NCBI GenBank assembly: GCA_973851085.1
Contig: OZ316775.1
Span: 5,704,001 to 5,768,000, forward strand
Reading direction: 5' to 3'
Length of the DNA stretch: 64,000 nucleotides
Origin: Ptychomitrium polyphyllum
Taxonomy: Eukaryota
A program made the position numbers and the translations under genes. Below the pieces are notes generated by a model. It saw only the letters and a list, made by a program, of their open reading frames with translations. It did no database searches and was not told where the DNA came from. Shown one piece after another: positions 41,830-53,891 of this stretch; position 1 is the first letter of the stretch; each line of letters starts with the position of its first letter.

Positions 41830-42988
41830 ATGGGGAAGGTGCCAGTAAGGCTGAAAGAGGTGGCGTACACCCTGTCGCCTTACCACCAGCATGTAATGGC
41901 GGGGCTGTGGAAGGACATACCGTACAAGCTGAGCAAGAAGTTCCACGAGAACTGGGTGTCGGCGTTCACTTTGGTGATTCCCATCGTCGGTACTTACATG
42001 TGAGTCGGACTCTCCTTGCTGTTCTTTTCTTCTTCCATTGTGTGTTCGGTTAGCATTTTGGTGGACATCCATGTGGCTGTTGAACATAGATAGGAGATCA
42101 GCGGCGAGTGGTGTTAGGGTCTTGAATGCTTGGGGTGGGTACTAGGACGGGTCCGATATTGCTCGGTGATGGGCATCGCGTTTCCGAACCAAAGTTGTAT
42201 GGAATTCTTTTTATTCGTTCTTGTGGTAAGGAATGGCCGTTCAGGTACAACGGTCTGCATCATGGGTGTTGATTGTTCACACTGAAATCGCCCTTTAAGA
42301 TATGGTCTCAGAAGGTGTTCGAATATTGAAGAGAGATGTATTCTTGCGTGTTAGTCGCAGCCTTTTTTATCTTCGTCGGTGTTGGTACTCTTTCGGGGAT
42401 TTGTGGGTTCCTGTTCTGCTTAAGGATCGATTTTACTATATGGTGAAGGTTGTGTGTGCCCTCCTTCGATCTTCCTCCTTTTGGCTGCAAAAGCAAGCGA
42501 GCCTTAGCAAAGTGTCTTAGCTCAGTGTAATGGCAGCCTCAGTGGTTTTATTTTATAGTGACAGAACAAGGGAATTGTTGTGGAAGTGGAGGTGGTGTGT
42601 TGTAGGGGAAGTTATGGTTGTTTGTCTTGTAACATGTGGACGCCATGAGTTGTGCAGTGGTCAATGGTTCAGGTCAAGATTCTAGAGAGGTGGATTATCC
42701 AATTAATGTGTCAAGGAACAAGCTAGAGTGGATTGCTGTTGTGTGTGAGGTCACACTGTTCACTGTATTAGAATGAATCACTGATGTGTATTTGAGATGG
42801 TCTGATGTAGTAAAGGTGCTGCCGGGAATTCTTTTGAGTTTGTTTATGAGACTTAATTCGGAGGAGGTTAGAAGTTTTCATTGGTTTATTTTAGGTGAAT
42901 TTTCACTTGATTCTGACTGAGTACGTTGATGTTGTGCAGGTATGCTGAAAATTTTAGGGAGAAGGAGAAGCTTCACCACAGATACTGA
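41830..42988 (+). CDS. QCR8: Cytochrome b-c1 complex subunit 8 (UQCRQ/QCR8), 72 aa
   Basis: Exons 41830-41999 and 42940-42988 give MGKVPVRLKEVAYTLSPYHQHVMAGLWKDIPYKLSKKFHENWVSAFTLVIPIVGTYMYAENFREKEKLHHRY*, a typical plant QCR8. Confidence 0.96.
42376..42905 (+). repeat. Intronic repeat, copy 2 (QCR8 coding intron)
   Basis: Homologous to 37160-37715 in the same orientation. Confidence 0.88.
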
Positions 42989-44683
42989 AATTAGTGAAGA
43001 TGTAAGACTGTTTAAAAGAGTCCTTGTTTTGTAACATCCTATCATACTGCAAGGAACGTGGTTTGTTGTGCTTTTATTTAAACCCTGAGAATAAAGGATG
43101 CATTGACTTTTCTTGTTCTTGTTCTCCTTACTTTCGTTGTAGTGGTACCTGGTAAACATGTGGCATTTGGAACATGGAGGCAACTTAGTTTAGTACAATC
43201 AATGAGATTATGTTCGTGACCGGATTCCTAAATTGATTTCAAAGACACTAGATTAGTTGAGATGAAGCTGATGGGTGTCACTGAAAACATCAACTTTCTT
43301 GAAAACACTTGTTTCCTACCGGTACACTGGCCAGTGCAGTTTGCTGTGGTTTTGAAACATTTCACTTTATAGTCTTACCACTTTACAGCTCGTAGTTGTA
43401 TGCGATGCATTAATCTTGTATAAGCGTGATCGGAAGGTATGGAAAAGATGGAATAAATATGGAAACAAAAAGTGAGTAAATTCTACAATCTGATTGAAGC
43501 AGACAAGTGAACGCCAGGAAATTTTGTCAAATTATTGGTGGTTATTAGAGAGTTCAAAACACCTGAAAAGTAAATAAAAAGTTGGGAAAGCAAGCGAAAC
43601 CAAGAAATTGTCACGCTAAACAAATTCATATCAATGCGACAAAGTTGAACTCGTAGGGGTTTTCTTTTTAGCATGTAGCCATAAGTCCTCCAAAAAGTAC
43701 ATTCGAGGATGGTTCCACGACGTATTGCCCTGTATAAATAATATAAAACAATCAACTCGAAAAGATTTAGTAGAACACTGCAAGAACTTGCATTACGAGG
43801 TCTTGCCAGGAATCCAAGTAGTTAGAATAATTCTACTATCGCCTAGTCCTTTATTAATTATGTAGGATCTCGAACCTTGGCATGAGCGCTCTTTCAGGTT
43901 TCTCCTCCAGCCTAAGGTTCTCATCTCTAGCAATGCACACTGCTCTCATAAGTTTCTTTACTTCCACCTGCGACTCTATCACCGTGGTCACACAAGATTC
44001 TCTTACCTCACCTCAGCAAAGTTTATTTTGGAAATTATCCTACCCCTCTTAATATAAGGCAAACACAAGCAAAGGTTCTAGTTATACGTTTAAAGGACAG
44101 ACGGATTTAATCCATTGCACTTCCAAAGATATTGAATTAGTTTTTCACAGGAGAGCAACTTGGCACAAGGGAATGCAGAGTTTGTTTTTAAAGGCTTCGG
44201 AGCCCGGCTAGTACAGAAGTGAACAGCAAAGAAGTTTTTTTACAAATAAAAATCGATTCTGACGAGAAGCCAAAGATCTGTAGCAAATGCCTTGTGTATG
44301 TAGAGAAGTTGGAATATGTGCATAAGTGATAAAGCAGCAACTAAGTTTTTTGTACATGACTCATCAAACTATTTTCTGGCAAATCATTCGTAATTTCTAT
44401 TTTTCCCAACAAGGATTGCAGGATACACCTACAAAATGAAATACACCACGTTAGAATCCTCTTACGTACGAGTAAGAAAACGATTGAAAGAACAATACTC
44501 AGGGACAGATAGAAGTGAGTTCTTCTAGAATAAATTTAGCCCAACTTTACCGCAGAATCTGGTGGCACTAAGCACACATCTTTATATTCGTTTGCAATGT
44601 TTTGTAACAAACTGGCCATTGCTATCGAGAGACTAAAACAGTGTCTTGAATCGGCTTATCTACTGAGAGCAGCAGGAGACAGT

Positions 44684-47600
44684 TCAAATGAACAGGTATA
44701 TCTCTGTTAAGTCGGCAGTTTCTCGAAGAATCCTAGCACGCGTGGTGAAGGAGACGTCCGTCATAGACAAGTCGAGAGTGAACCTCTTCTGTTGCGTCAA
44801 AAGGAGTGTTTCACCTTGCCCCACTGCAGCTTGAATGACCTTCACAAAACCAGCAACAATCATTGTTCAAATACACTGGGGTGATTCTTTCCATCTTGTA
44901 CTGTTAACTCAGTATGAGACAACAATGCGACTCGACGACAATTACACACCGCTAAATTGCAAAATAATCTCAAATAACGACAACCCCCATTAAGTTTATA
45001 ATGCACAATTTGATGAGACTGCTAGATAATCACAAACAAGGAATCTTGAATTTAGGAAGCATTATGTATCAACTAACCACGCGTAGATTTTCTTCTCCAT
45101 ATGAGTAGTTGGCCTTCAAAGATATCTGCAAGGAGCAGAGCACGTGGATCACAACCTTAGAATCTAGAACAAGCAACTGCAGTCATTCATGATAAGTTTT
45201 GTGGAAGTAAAGCATCCCCTTTAATCGAAGCAGAGATGTGCATCCTACAACTGAGCATTACTTTCCAGGTGTGTGCCAATGAAAAATCATGTACAGCAGA
45301 ATAATAATGACTGTAACTAGTTAGATGTGTCGTTATAACTGCAATATGCCACCGCATACAGATAACTTTCTCAATCCAAATATCTAGAGTATTAATCATC
45401 GCATCAATAGACATTCTAGAAAATACCTTCTCAAGTCGCGGATGTAATCCCAAGGCCTCAATCAAGTCTGTCGAGCTCGAGTCAGTGATGTTATTGTTTC
45501 CAAGTAGAAGTTCTCGTAACGACTGGTTTCTCTGAATACCAAACATAACACTATGAAGTGTGAGAACTGTTAAATGCAACGATAAGAGAATCTGCTACAA
45601 CTGAGCACTTGGAGAGTGGACATACCTTTAGCCAAGTGAAAATAGCACAAGCCCCAACTGACGAAATTTGATTGTCATTCAGCTCGAGTATCTGTCAACC
45701 AAAATAGGCCCATATATCATCTATGTATAGGACAAATCATATAGAACAATAGAATATCAGTCAGTCTAATGCAATCAGTATGCCTGGCGAAACAAAAGAC
45801 AAGACCTGTGCAGACGGGATGAGAGCTTTTATGTCGTCAGTGATGTAGAAAGGTAGTATCATTCTGGCCCTGACTTATTGCAAAGATTAAAATTTTAAGA
45901 ATTCACCTTCCAACCACTTACCTCGATTGCTTCGTGATTATCCAGAGCTCTAATTAATGTGACGATCTGAGAGTCAGTGATTTGACACTCTGCCAATTGC
46001 AGTCGCTTTAGGTGCTTTGGCAAAGAACTCCATAGGAAGGCTTGCAGAATAAACGCTGGTCCTGGAGCAACTTCCTCAGATTCAACGTGCAAGTAGAAAA
46101 AATCAGCAGGCCTTATAGTGAATGTATGCCTTGTCTGCCCTGATCGCTGGAAGTGTGGCATCTGGCTTCCAAAAGGTGTGCAATTACCTAAAAATATAGG
46201 GGTGATTGTACAGTAACATACAATGTGAGTGCAATCATAAGTTGCTTCATTTCGTCAAACCCAAATATTACACAACTTAAAAAGAAACTCATCAACAAGT
46301 ATTACCCAATTCATCAATATCAGTCTGTGTCGCTAGAACTCTATTCGATTAGTTATCAAGAAGTAGAAAAGTAAAACTGGGAGTCTATACAGAGGACAAA
46401 CATTACCTGCAAGTAGTAGTTCTCTGAGGGAGCTCCCTTCAAGAGCTGCAATGACCTCCTGGGCAAGCGACAACTGAATTCCGTTTCCTCGCACATCCAA
46501 GAGCTTCAATGTCCTACAGAGCCGCAAGATATTCAGAACATAATGGCGCTTCTTATCATCCAACTCGGTTCATGTTGCTTTAAAATTAAGTGTAATACTC
46601 AGAGTAATGTTAGGGATTTGTGACTGGCAATCTGGTTCAGGAGGGCGATGAGGAGTTGTCACATACTACGAACTATATTTCAGAAGTGCTAAACATAGAA
46701 TAAGAAACAACTGCATTACCGACAGATGTTGTCTCAAACACAGTAGCACTACAGAAGTACTTCTAAGTATCTCAGAAAGACATGACATACTTGACAGTCG
46801 AGAGACATGTAGCAATAGCTGAAAACCCTCGAGTCTGTGTATTGTTATAAGCAATTCGCAAGACCTGCAGCCTTCCATCAAAAGATATATAGTCAACGAG
46901 AGCAATATCCACATAACTCTCGCTAGATGTATTAAACCTTCTCTAGTACTTTAAACGAATCAATAATTGAAGTGAAATAATGCAGTAATGACAAAGGATT
47001 TGCTAGCAAATCGAAATCACGATTGTGAAAGGTTTCTCGGTATGTTTCTTTCTTTCAAACATTCAAAGGTTATAGAGTGCTCTAGTATTCAAATAAAGAT
47101 TTCCCTACTATGATTTTTTTCATGAAGTACCTGGTATGTGACTTGAGTCCCTTGCTCAAGCTCACAGCTGCGTCTGGAGTAACTCCACTTTCACTGCACA
47201 GTGCAAACCATTGGAGTTTTAAAATCCTTTGAACAAAATCCCGTTGATTTACCGTTCTACTCGATACCCATTGACAATTCTCAGTCATTTATGTACGCTA
47301 TTTCAGATTGCTATGATGTCCTATTCCGAACGAAACGGTAAATCCTACACCATCAGCACATTCTAAAAGCAAGTTACTTTGATATCTTTGTCACCACATG
47401 AATGACATACAAATCCTATGTAACGCATACCAGTTCTCCAGAAAACAAGGCCCCTAAGAATACAAAGAACAAAGATACTGCAAGATGTACCTAACATCAA
47501 GAATTTGGAGAGAAGGAAGATTTAGCAGAATGTCTCCAAGAGACATGCACGGTAGTGTTCCATCAGAAAGTGGCTTGTCGAGGGGCAGCTTCACCAGAAC

Positions 47601-50536
47601 TGAAAGGCAGAAACAATTTGTTTTAGTGACAGCCTAAAACAATTTGCACATGCAATGAACTCCCTGAGAACAACTTATGGTAAAAAAATGAGTGTTTGAT
47701 AAGGCACAGCAAAGAGGAAATTCGAATATTCACCTAAAGAGAAGATGTTGGAAAAAAGACTAGCATAGGATGCGAGGGACAGACTTTTGGGGGCACTGAG
47801 AACCCAATCCCACATCATCCCTCGTATCTACAAATCACAAATAAAAAAGATGAGAGAAAAGAATCTCCTTATTACAATGTGCAACCAAATATAAGAATAT
47901 TAAGAATTTGTCTATTTTCTGAAATGAAGCAAAGTTACAAAATTTACAGAGCATTTCAATCAGACAACGCTATTCCATATCAAGACTAACCGACTAAAAA
48001 CAATAAATCAGAAATTGAAATATATACCGTGTGATTGTAGGCGAATTTCCCTTTGTAAGCAACTTCAGCAAAAAAAGAATCGAGTTTATCTGTACAAAAA
48101 GCACGTAGAAATACAAGCTTACTCTTTATCAATTCTGGAATTCCAAATGAGCAAGTTGCATCAGCCGTACTATACATGTAAAAACACACCAAAAGGGACT
48201 GCAGTCAGACACTTAAAGCGTTTCATTAGGCTAAGCCTAACCTCCATTTTGACGATCAGCAAGTTGCTGCAACCGAAGTGTTACGTAAAGAGATTTCCAA
48301 GAAGTTGAAGGGGGCCCCTCGCCCATATCCCATTTATCGTATGATGGGTAGTTGGATGTTGAAACAGGTTGCACCAAGTCCTCCACCTGTAATCGATTGC
48401 AAAGTCGTTCCCAGAGCATACTCGTTTCTGCATTTATTGGGGAATTTCGTGTCAGACAGAATACTGGACTTCTATACATAAACTGTACAGTACAGCTTTC
48501 CATGCCAATCAGTAGATCGCTCGGTCGGAATCGCCAGAGTATGTTATCCGAAAATTGGATAACAGATACCGGCAACATGGTGGCAAATGATGCCAGTAAT
48601 CATACCAAGATTCAAGCTCAGAAAATCCGGACGTTGTTCAGCATCAAAAAGTTGCTCTGCTGTAAGTTGTTCGGCAACACACCAGGCCAAATCGGGTACC
48701 ATAGATGACACATCCGGTATATCTGTTACAGATAGTATACAGCCACTTTTTTCAAGACCCAAGCGCAGAAATTCTTTGAAAAATCAATCTTCCACATTTT
48801 GCCTGAATGAGTAGAAAAACTCCAGAAAATGACTAAAGCAAGTAGCAAAACACCTAACCGACCTGGCAGCCACGCAAGGCCAAGCTAAGAAACTCTCTCC
48901 ATTCAAAAGTTACCTGCCAAGTGATGAGCAACCATAGTAGCAGCTACATTCAGCAAACTTTTGATGCCCAGAAAGTGTGCAGCCTGTATAAGGTCCATTA
49001 CTTGATCCGGCTCAACCTTCACAATGACAACCAAATCTTCTGACGACACTCGCAACGCAAAAGACAATGCAGAAAGTGGGAGCGTATACTGTGACTAAGG
49101 AATGCACAATTCAGAAACTACTAAGACTAATACTGGCAAATATAGAATCTTTAGTGGTGAGTGATGCTTCTAGTTAGCTTGAAATAACAGAAAACATCAT
49201 CGGTTCTCAGCTACAGGATACAAATATATAATAGCACGCTTGCAACACAAATCACACAAACTAGAACGTCCAGCGGTCGATCTGGAACAAGGAATGGTAA
49301 CAAATCCTGACAATGGCCACACACTCGAGACAGAGGAGGAAATATGAAGAACCCTAGGTATCATTACAATATATGGTAATGCTTTTTAATCAGCCAAGAT
49401 CTGACAGAAGATTCAGGAAATACTATATACGAATTGTACCTCAAATTGAAACACCAGTCGTGGTGCATCAGGCCCCCAATACTTTTCAGATTTTAAGTTA
49501 TTTAAATACTCGATAAATACAAATCTTAGAACAGATTCCATGACCTGCACAAGACAAAATGTATTACCGTCACATAAGAACAACATAACAGAACAATTTA
49601 AAGGAAGGCAGTAATGATCAATCTTGACTAACTTATAACTTGAATCTCTTGTACTTGTTACATTGAGAAAGTGAAGGGTAATGTTCACATACTTTCTGCA
49701 GAAATACTTCAAAAGATATTCAAGCCTACATATTTATAGAGCAGGGAAGGAAAACTAGTAAGATATCAGAAGAAATACTTTGTAAATTTTGGATGAAGCA
49801 AAATATCCTACATCACAAATAATGATGGTCGAAGATAATGAGCACTGTCCTGAAGCATCGCATATGAAGAAACTGAGCCATAGATTTCATCAATAATATA
49901 ACTTGATGCAGGATATGTCTCAATACAAGTACAGCGCAAGCACTTACCTCTGTACGAATATCAGGAAACCTGATCATATTCTCCAAGTTTTCTTTGAAGA
50001 CAGCTGCAACCATCTCTTAACCCTGGTCAGAGAAGATAGACTATACAGGCATAGAAGCACATCATACACTGTTGTTGCGCGTTAGGACTCCAACTCCGCA
50101 ATTCCGTTCACAATTGGAATGTACTTGTCAGCCTTCAACATCAAGAAATCACCTATTAGAGTGAACACTCATCAATCTAAAGTTGTCCAAGCCGAAGAAA
50201 CTCACCATCGCCATGGAGAATAATATCGACGCACTGGAAGCAGTCGACCACATGCGATGGGATGTAAAACTCTTCGTCACCTTGACAACGAATGCACAAG
50301 TAACCAGTCTCAGGCGATGTTACTTCAATGTCACGCGCACCCAATGTCACCACCTTACTCTCGTAAATTTCAATATCTTTAGAAGGAGACACAGCTCGAA
50401 AGGTATCCAATGCCTTCTTCTTGACCTTCCATGGCTTGGGTTCTGTCGCTTTGGGTGTGTTGCTGACGTCCTCCTTCACCTCTTTCACGTCTTTCTGATC
50501 CATCATACCAGAGCTCACACTTTCCTCCCCGACCAT
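44684..50536 (-). CDS. Elongin-C/Skp1-like + BC-box/Elongin-A(F-box)-like + RNI-like LRR protein, ~684 aa
   Basis: 17 exons with GT-AG introns and consistent phases: 50536-50206, 50003-49948, 49544-49440, 49016-48914, 48722-48606, 48427-48242, 48089-48028, 47827-47734, 47599-47491, 47193-47131, 46871-46791, 46513-46407, 46187-45922, 45691-45626, 45531-45427, 45125-45078, 44839-44684 (2055 nt). LRRs: LPSLQILDVS, LQVLRIAYN, TLKLLDVRGNGI, SLRELLLAGN, HLKRLQLAECQI, ILELNDNQI, SLRELLLGNNNI. Confidence 0.85.
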
Positions 50537-50974
50537 CTTGTTTGCAAGATCCTAACCCATATAAATATATTCGGGATGGCTTGCACCAACTCGGACTAAC
50601 TTGGTGTATAAGCAAAAGTTAAAACGACGGCGCAGATGTTGACTGAACAGGTTCTCGCTCTTCAAACCAGGGCAGGTTTGCAGCAACTCTATGTGAACGG
50701 AATTCTATGGACAGAACATGACACATGTCAACAGATGGGTAGCTTGACACTAACAGCATAGATTGAGGATTTGTCTCCTCTCGCATGAAAACTTAAACCC
50801 TAGAACCCTTGAACCAGAAAGACGAAGTTCCCAGCAACGAAATAGCAAAAACCCTAATGTCAAAACTAGTAACTCCCAATCTGCTAACCTGCTTCGATCG
50901 AAGAAAGACTAAAGAGATGCAACGCGGGAAAATTATAATAAGATTCAACAAGCGGAAATGTGCGACGCAATGTC

Positions 50975-51544
50975 CTATACAAGCGCCGTGAACTTGCATG
51001 TCCTGCACGTTGTGATCTGTGACTCTCGCAGCGTGGGTCTACTGCGATGAAGAATCACCGCAGCAGAATCTGCCCTACTTGAGTCTCCTCATAACAAATC
51101 ACCTTGATGAACATTTCTCTCAACTGCGACGCATCCTGCAACGTTAACACCAGATCCTGGAGCTGCTCGACACTAACCTACACACAAAGGTCGTCTTCCC
51201 AGCATTTCCCAGCTCACTACGCTCCACTCTCTAATCCTCTGTCTTTAAAACAACGTGCTACAGCAGATCTCTCACCCGCCCGTAATGAACATCCTCACCC
51301 TCGCCACTACTCGCAACTAAATAATGCAATACAACCGCTTCTACACTCCCTTCAGGCGCGAAATGCTACTGTAGTCCCCCGTTTGGGAAACTCCTACAGC
51401 AACCGCTCCTTCCCGTCCCAAAACGGCCACCACCGCCCCTGCCAATGCTTCCACCTCCCTGTTGCTGCAGTTGGCGATAGCTCGCAACGGATCCACTCCC
51501 TCTTCTTTCATGTCAATTCTAAGCTCCTTTGTCGCTATTGCCAT
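50975..51544 (-). pseudogene. Possible degenerate tandem SpoVS-like (Alba-fold) coding relic
   Basis: EALAGAVVAVLGREGAVAV resembles SpoVS SVAGALAGVLRERGAAEI. The same frame continues through stops with VVARVRMFITGG*EICC and a second repeat-like CRAAPGSGVNVAGCVA. Confidence 0.4.
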
Positions 51545-52606
51545 GGCTTCCCTCCCTTCCCCCCTGTACCCTATAACTCTAGGGTTTGAGCTGCGATTAC
51601 AGTCGAGACTAATTCTGAATAAGGAAATAGCAGGAGATCACCATGCCTGGTTTGGGTTCCGAACTTCAAACAGCTGCTGGATCAACAATCATCCACTAAA
51701 CTTGGAGTTTTCAGGATGCAAGATCAATCACCATAATATTTCGTGCCAATGTGCTCTGGTTGTTTGAGTCTAACGCCAGGAAAGAATGGCTTTGCTTCTG
51801 TTGTCTAAAAATTTGCAGGGTGCTAATTCCGAAGGAAGTCTAGTTGTGTTCCTTCTAATCTGCAAATGGCAACTGACGATGGACACATGAATTGGCATTT
51901 TTTTTTCGAATCATGGAAAATTCCGTGAAATTTATGGTGAAAATGTGCTATTGATTTGATGCTTTCTGCAGCATCGATCAAATGCTGGCTCGGAGACAGT
52001 TTCAAAGTGTCAAACACCCGGCAAGTTTGTAAATAACTAGAACATTAGAATTCAATCGACTGACCAGGAAGTTTGTTACCAAAATGCTTCCCGGCTAAGT
52101 ACTCGCCTTGAATACATTTCATCACACGAGATAGTTTTTCATGTTTACAAGTATCATCTACATAAGTGCGTGTGACTTTATACCCTAATGACCTGAAAAT
52201 GTACATTACTGGGGCTCCATGAGGATGTAGCTGCAACCTCCATAACCAGCTGCTTTGAGCACTCTTTGCAAAGCTAGTATGACTATTATGCTGCAACGAT
52301 TTAGTAGTCTGCATCCTAACTTTAAAGAGATGCAGATTAGGGAGGCATTATCTGGTCCTTCAACCGCAACTTAATGGAGTTTTGGCTAGACGATCGAGAG
52401 GCGTTTCGTGAAGAGAATGCCTGAATCATCATCTCCATGAATTTGCCTACCTTGGGGAAAACTGTGGGATCTCAATTGGAGTTCTGACTTGGAGATTTCG
52501 GCTCGGAAACATGGATGATGGGTTAGTCAGGGTTTGTACTTTCTGAACTCACAATCAGCCGTGTCATTTACACCTGATGCGCAAACTGGCCCTTGCGACT
52601 AAAATT

Positions 52607-53891
52607 TCAGAAGAATCTTTTAGAGGCGGCCTTCTCCAGTTTTGCAGGTTCATTTTCTGTGAACTCAATGAGCTGCTCGAGAACAAGCGCATGGTCGTCC
52701 TCCATACAAGCCTGATTGATCTCAAGTAACATATATTGTTAGCAAATACTGAAACATTCAGAACCAATATATCCTGGTATAACTTAAGCTTTCGTCATCA
52801 AAGCATGAATTATTAGATCATTAACTATTGAGCTAAAATAGTTACAAACCCACATCAAGGGATTTGTGCAAAGATGAGAGATTTTCTGGAAGGCTTACAA
52901 AATGTACTAGGTGGAGTGAACGATACTTTGTTCGGAGGAAGTAAAGTTTGAATTGAGAAGTCTTTACCCGCATGCGCTGGAGCTCTCGTCGCAACATCTC
53001 ATTCTCATTCCGAAGAGCTTGGGTGATCCGCATCCCTGGATAGCGTTTCGATAACTGACGAGACAACCGGCTTGAATCACTACTGGAAAGTTCTCGCTTC
53101 AAGAGCGACTCTTGCACCTTGACCTCATCCACTTCGAATATGTAAGGCTTCCTGTCTTTATCAATGGCCTTCAAATATTTCTGCACCACATGAGATCCAT
53201 CATCTCCCTCTTCAATGCCTACATTCAACAATTACAACTCCCCTACCAATGCATCACTCGCAACATTCACTCCCTACAGAACGAAGTTGTCACATGGTGG
53301 TCACCATCATCCTCAAAACTCAAGATTTCCCTATCCACTTCAACATAACCTTATAGCCACAAAGAAACACTCTTGCAAAGAGAAGTCTAGCAAAGGCTAA
53401 AGTACGTTCATCCTGAGAATCTTCTGCAAAATGTATACCATGAACAAGGATGCTCAACAGTAAAAGGGAAGTACGAAACCTACCCGGTTGTCTTCGACGA
53501 GTGAGATGAGAGGTATGAGCTTGAGGTACTTGTCGATTTCATCCTGGTAATCACGGAACTTGTTGACATACACCCAACCCATGGCCACCAGGTACAAGTA
53601 GCTCTTGTCGCGGCAGCTCTCCACCAGGACGACCGCCTTCCGCAGCGACTCTTCAAAAAGCTCCAGTGGCTCCGCCGTCTCGGACCGGTCCTTGAGGTCC
53701 GTCAGGTTGAGCTGCTCCAGTAAGTTGCTGATCAGCTTCAGATGGTGAGCAAACTGGCGACAGTTCTTCTTGTGCATTCGTGCATTGTTTGCCGCCGTAA
53801 CGATCAGAGTGATCAGCTGAACAGCGTTGACTCCTGCCAATTGACCCGCATTCGAAAATTCCCCAATGGAATTCCATGGTACCCACGACAT
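52607..53891 (-). CDS. MCA: MCA (Mid1-complementing activity/CNR13)-like protein, short form without PLAC8, 241 aa
   Basis: Exons 53891-53484, 53180-52968, 52711-52607 (726 nt). MCAfunc: WNSIGEFSNAGQLAGVNAVQLI...ARMHKKNCRQFAHHLKLISNLLEQL...ESCRDKSYLYLVAMGW. Coiled coil RYPGM...ALRNENEMLRREL. Stop after EKAASKRFF. Confidence 0.9.

Noticed and set aside
50042..50152. Candidate extra exon (TAG|GTGATTTC...) in intron 1 of the EloC-LRR gene
   Set aside because: It leads to a stop or lacks a clear donor, and skipping it gives the contiguous EloC-like alignment.
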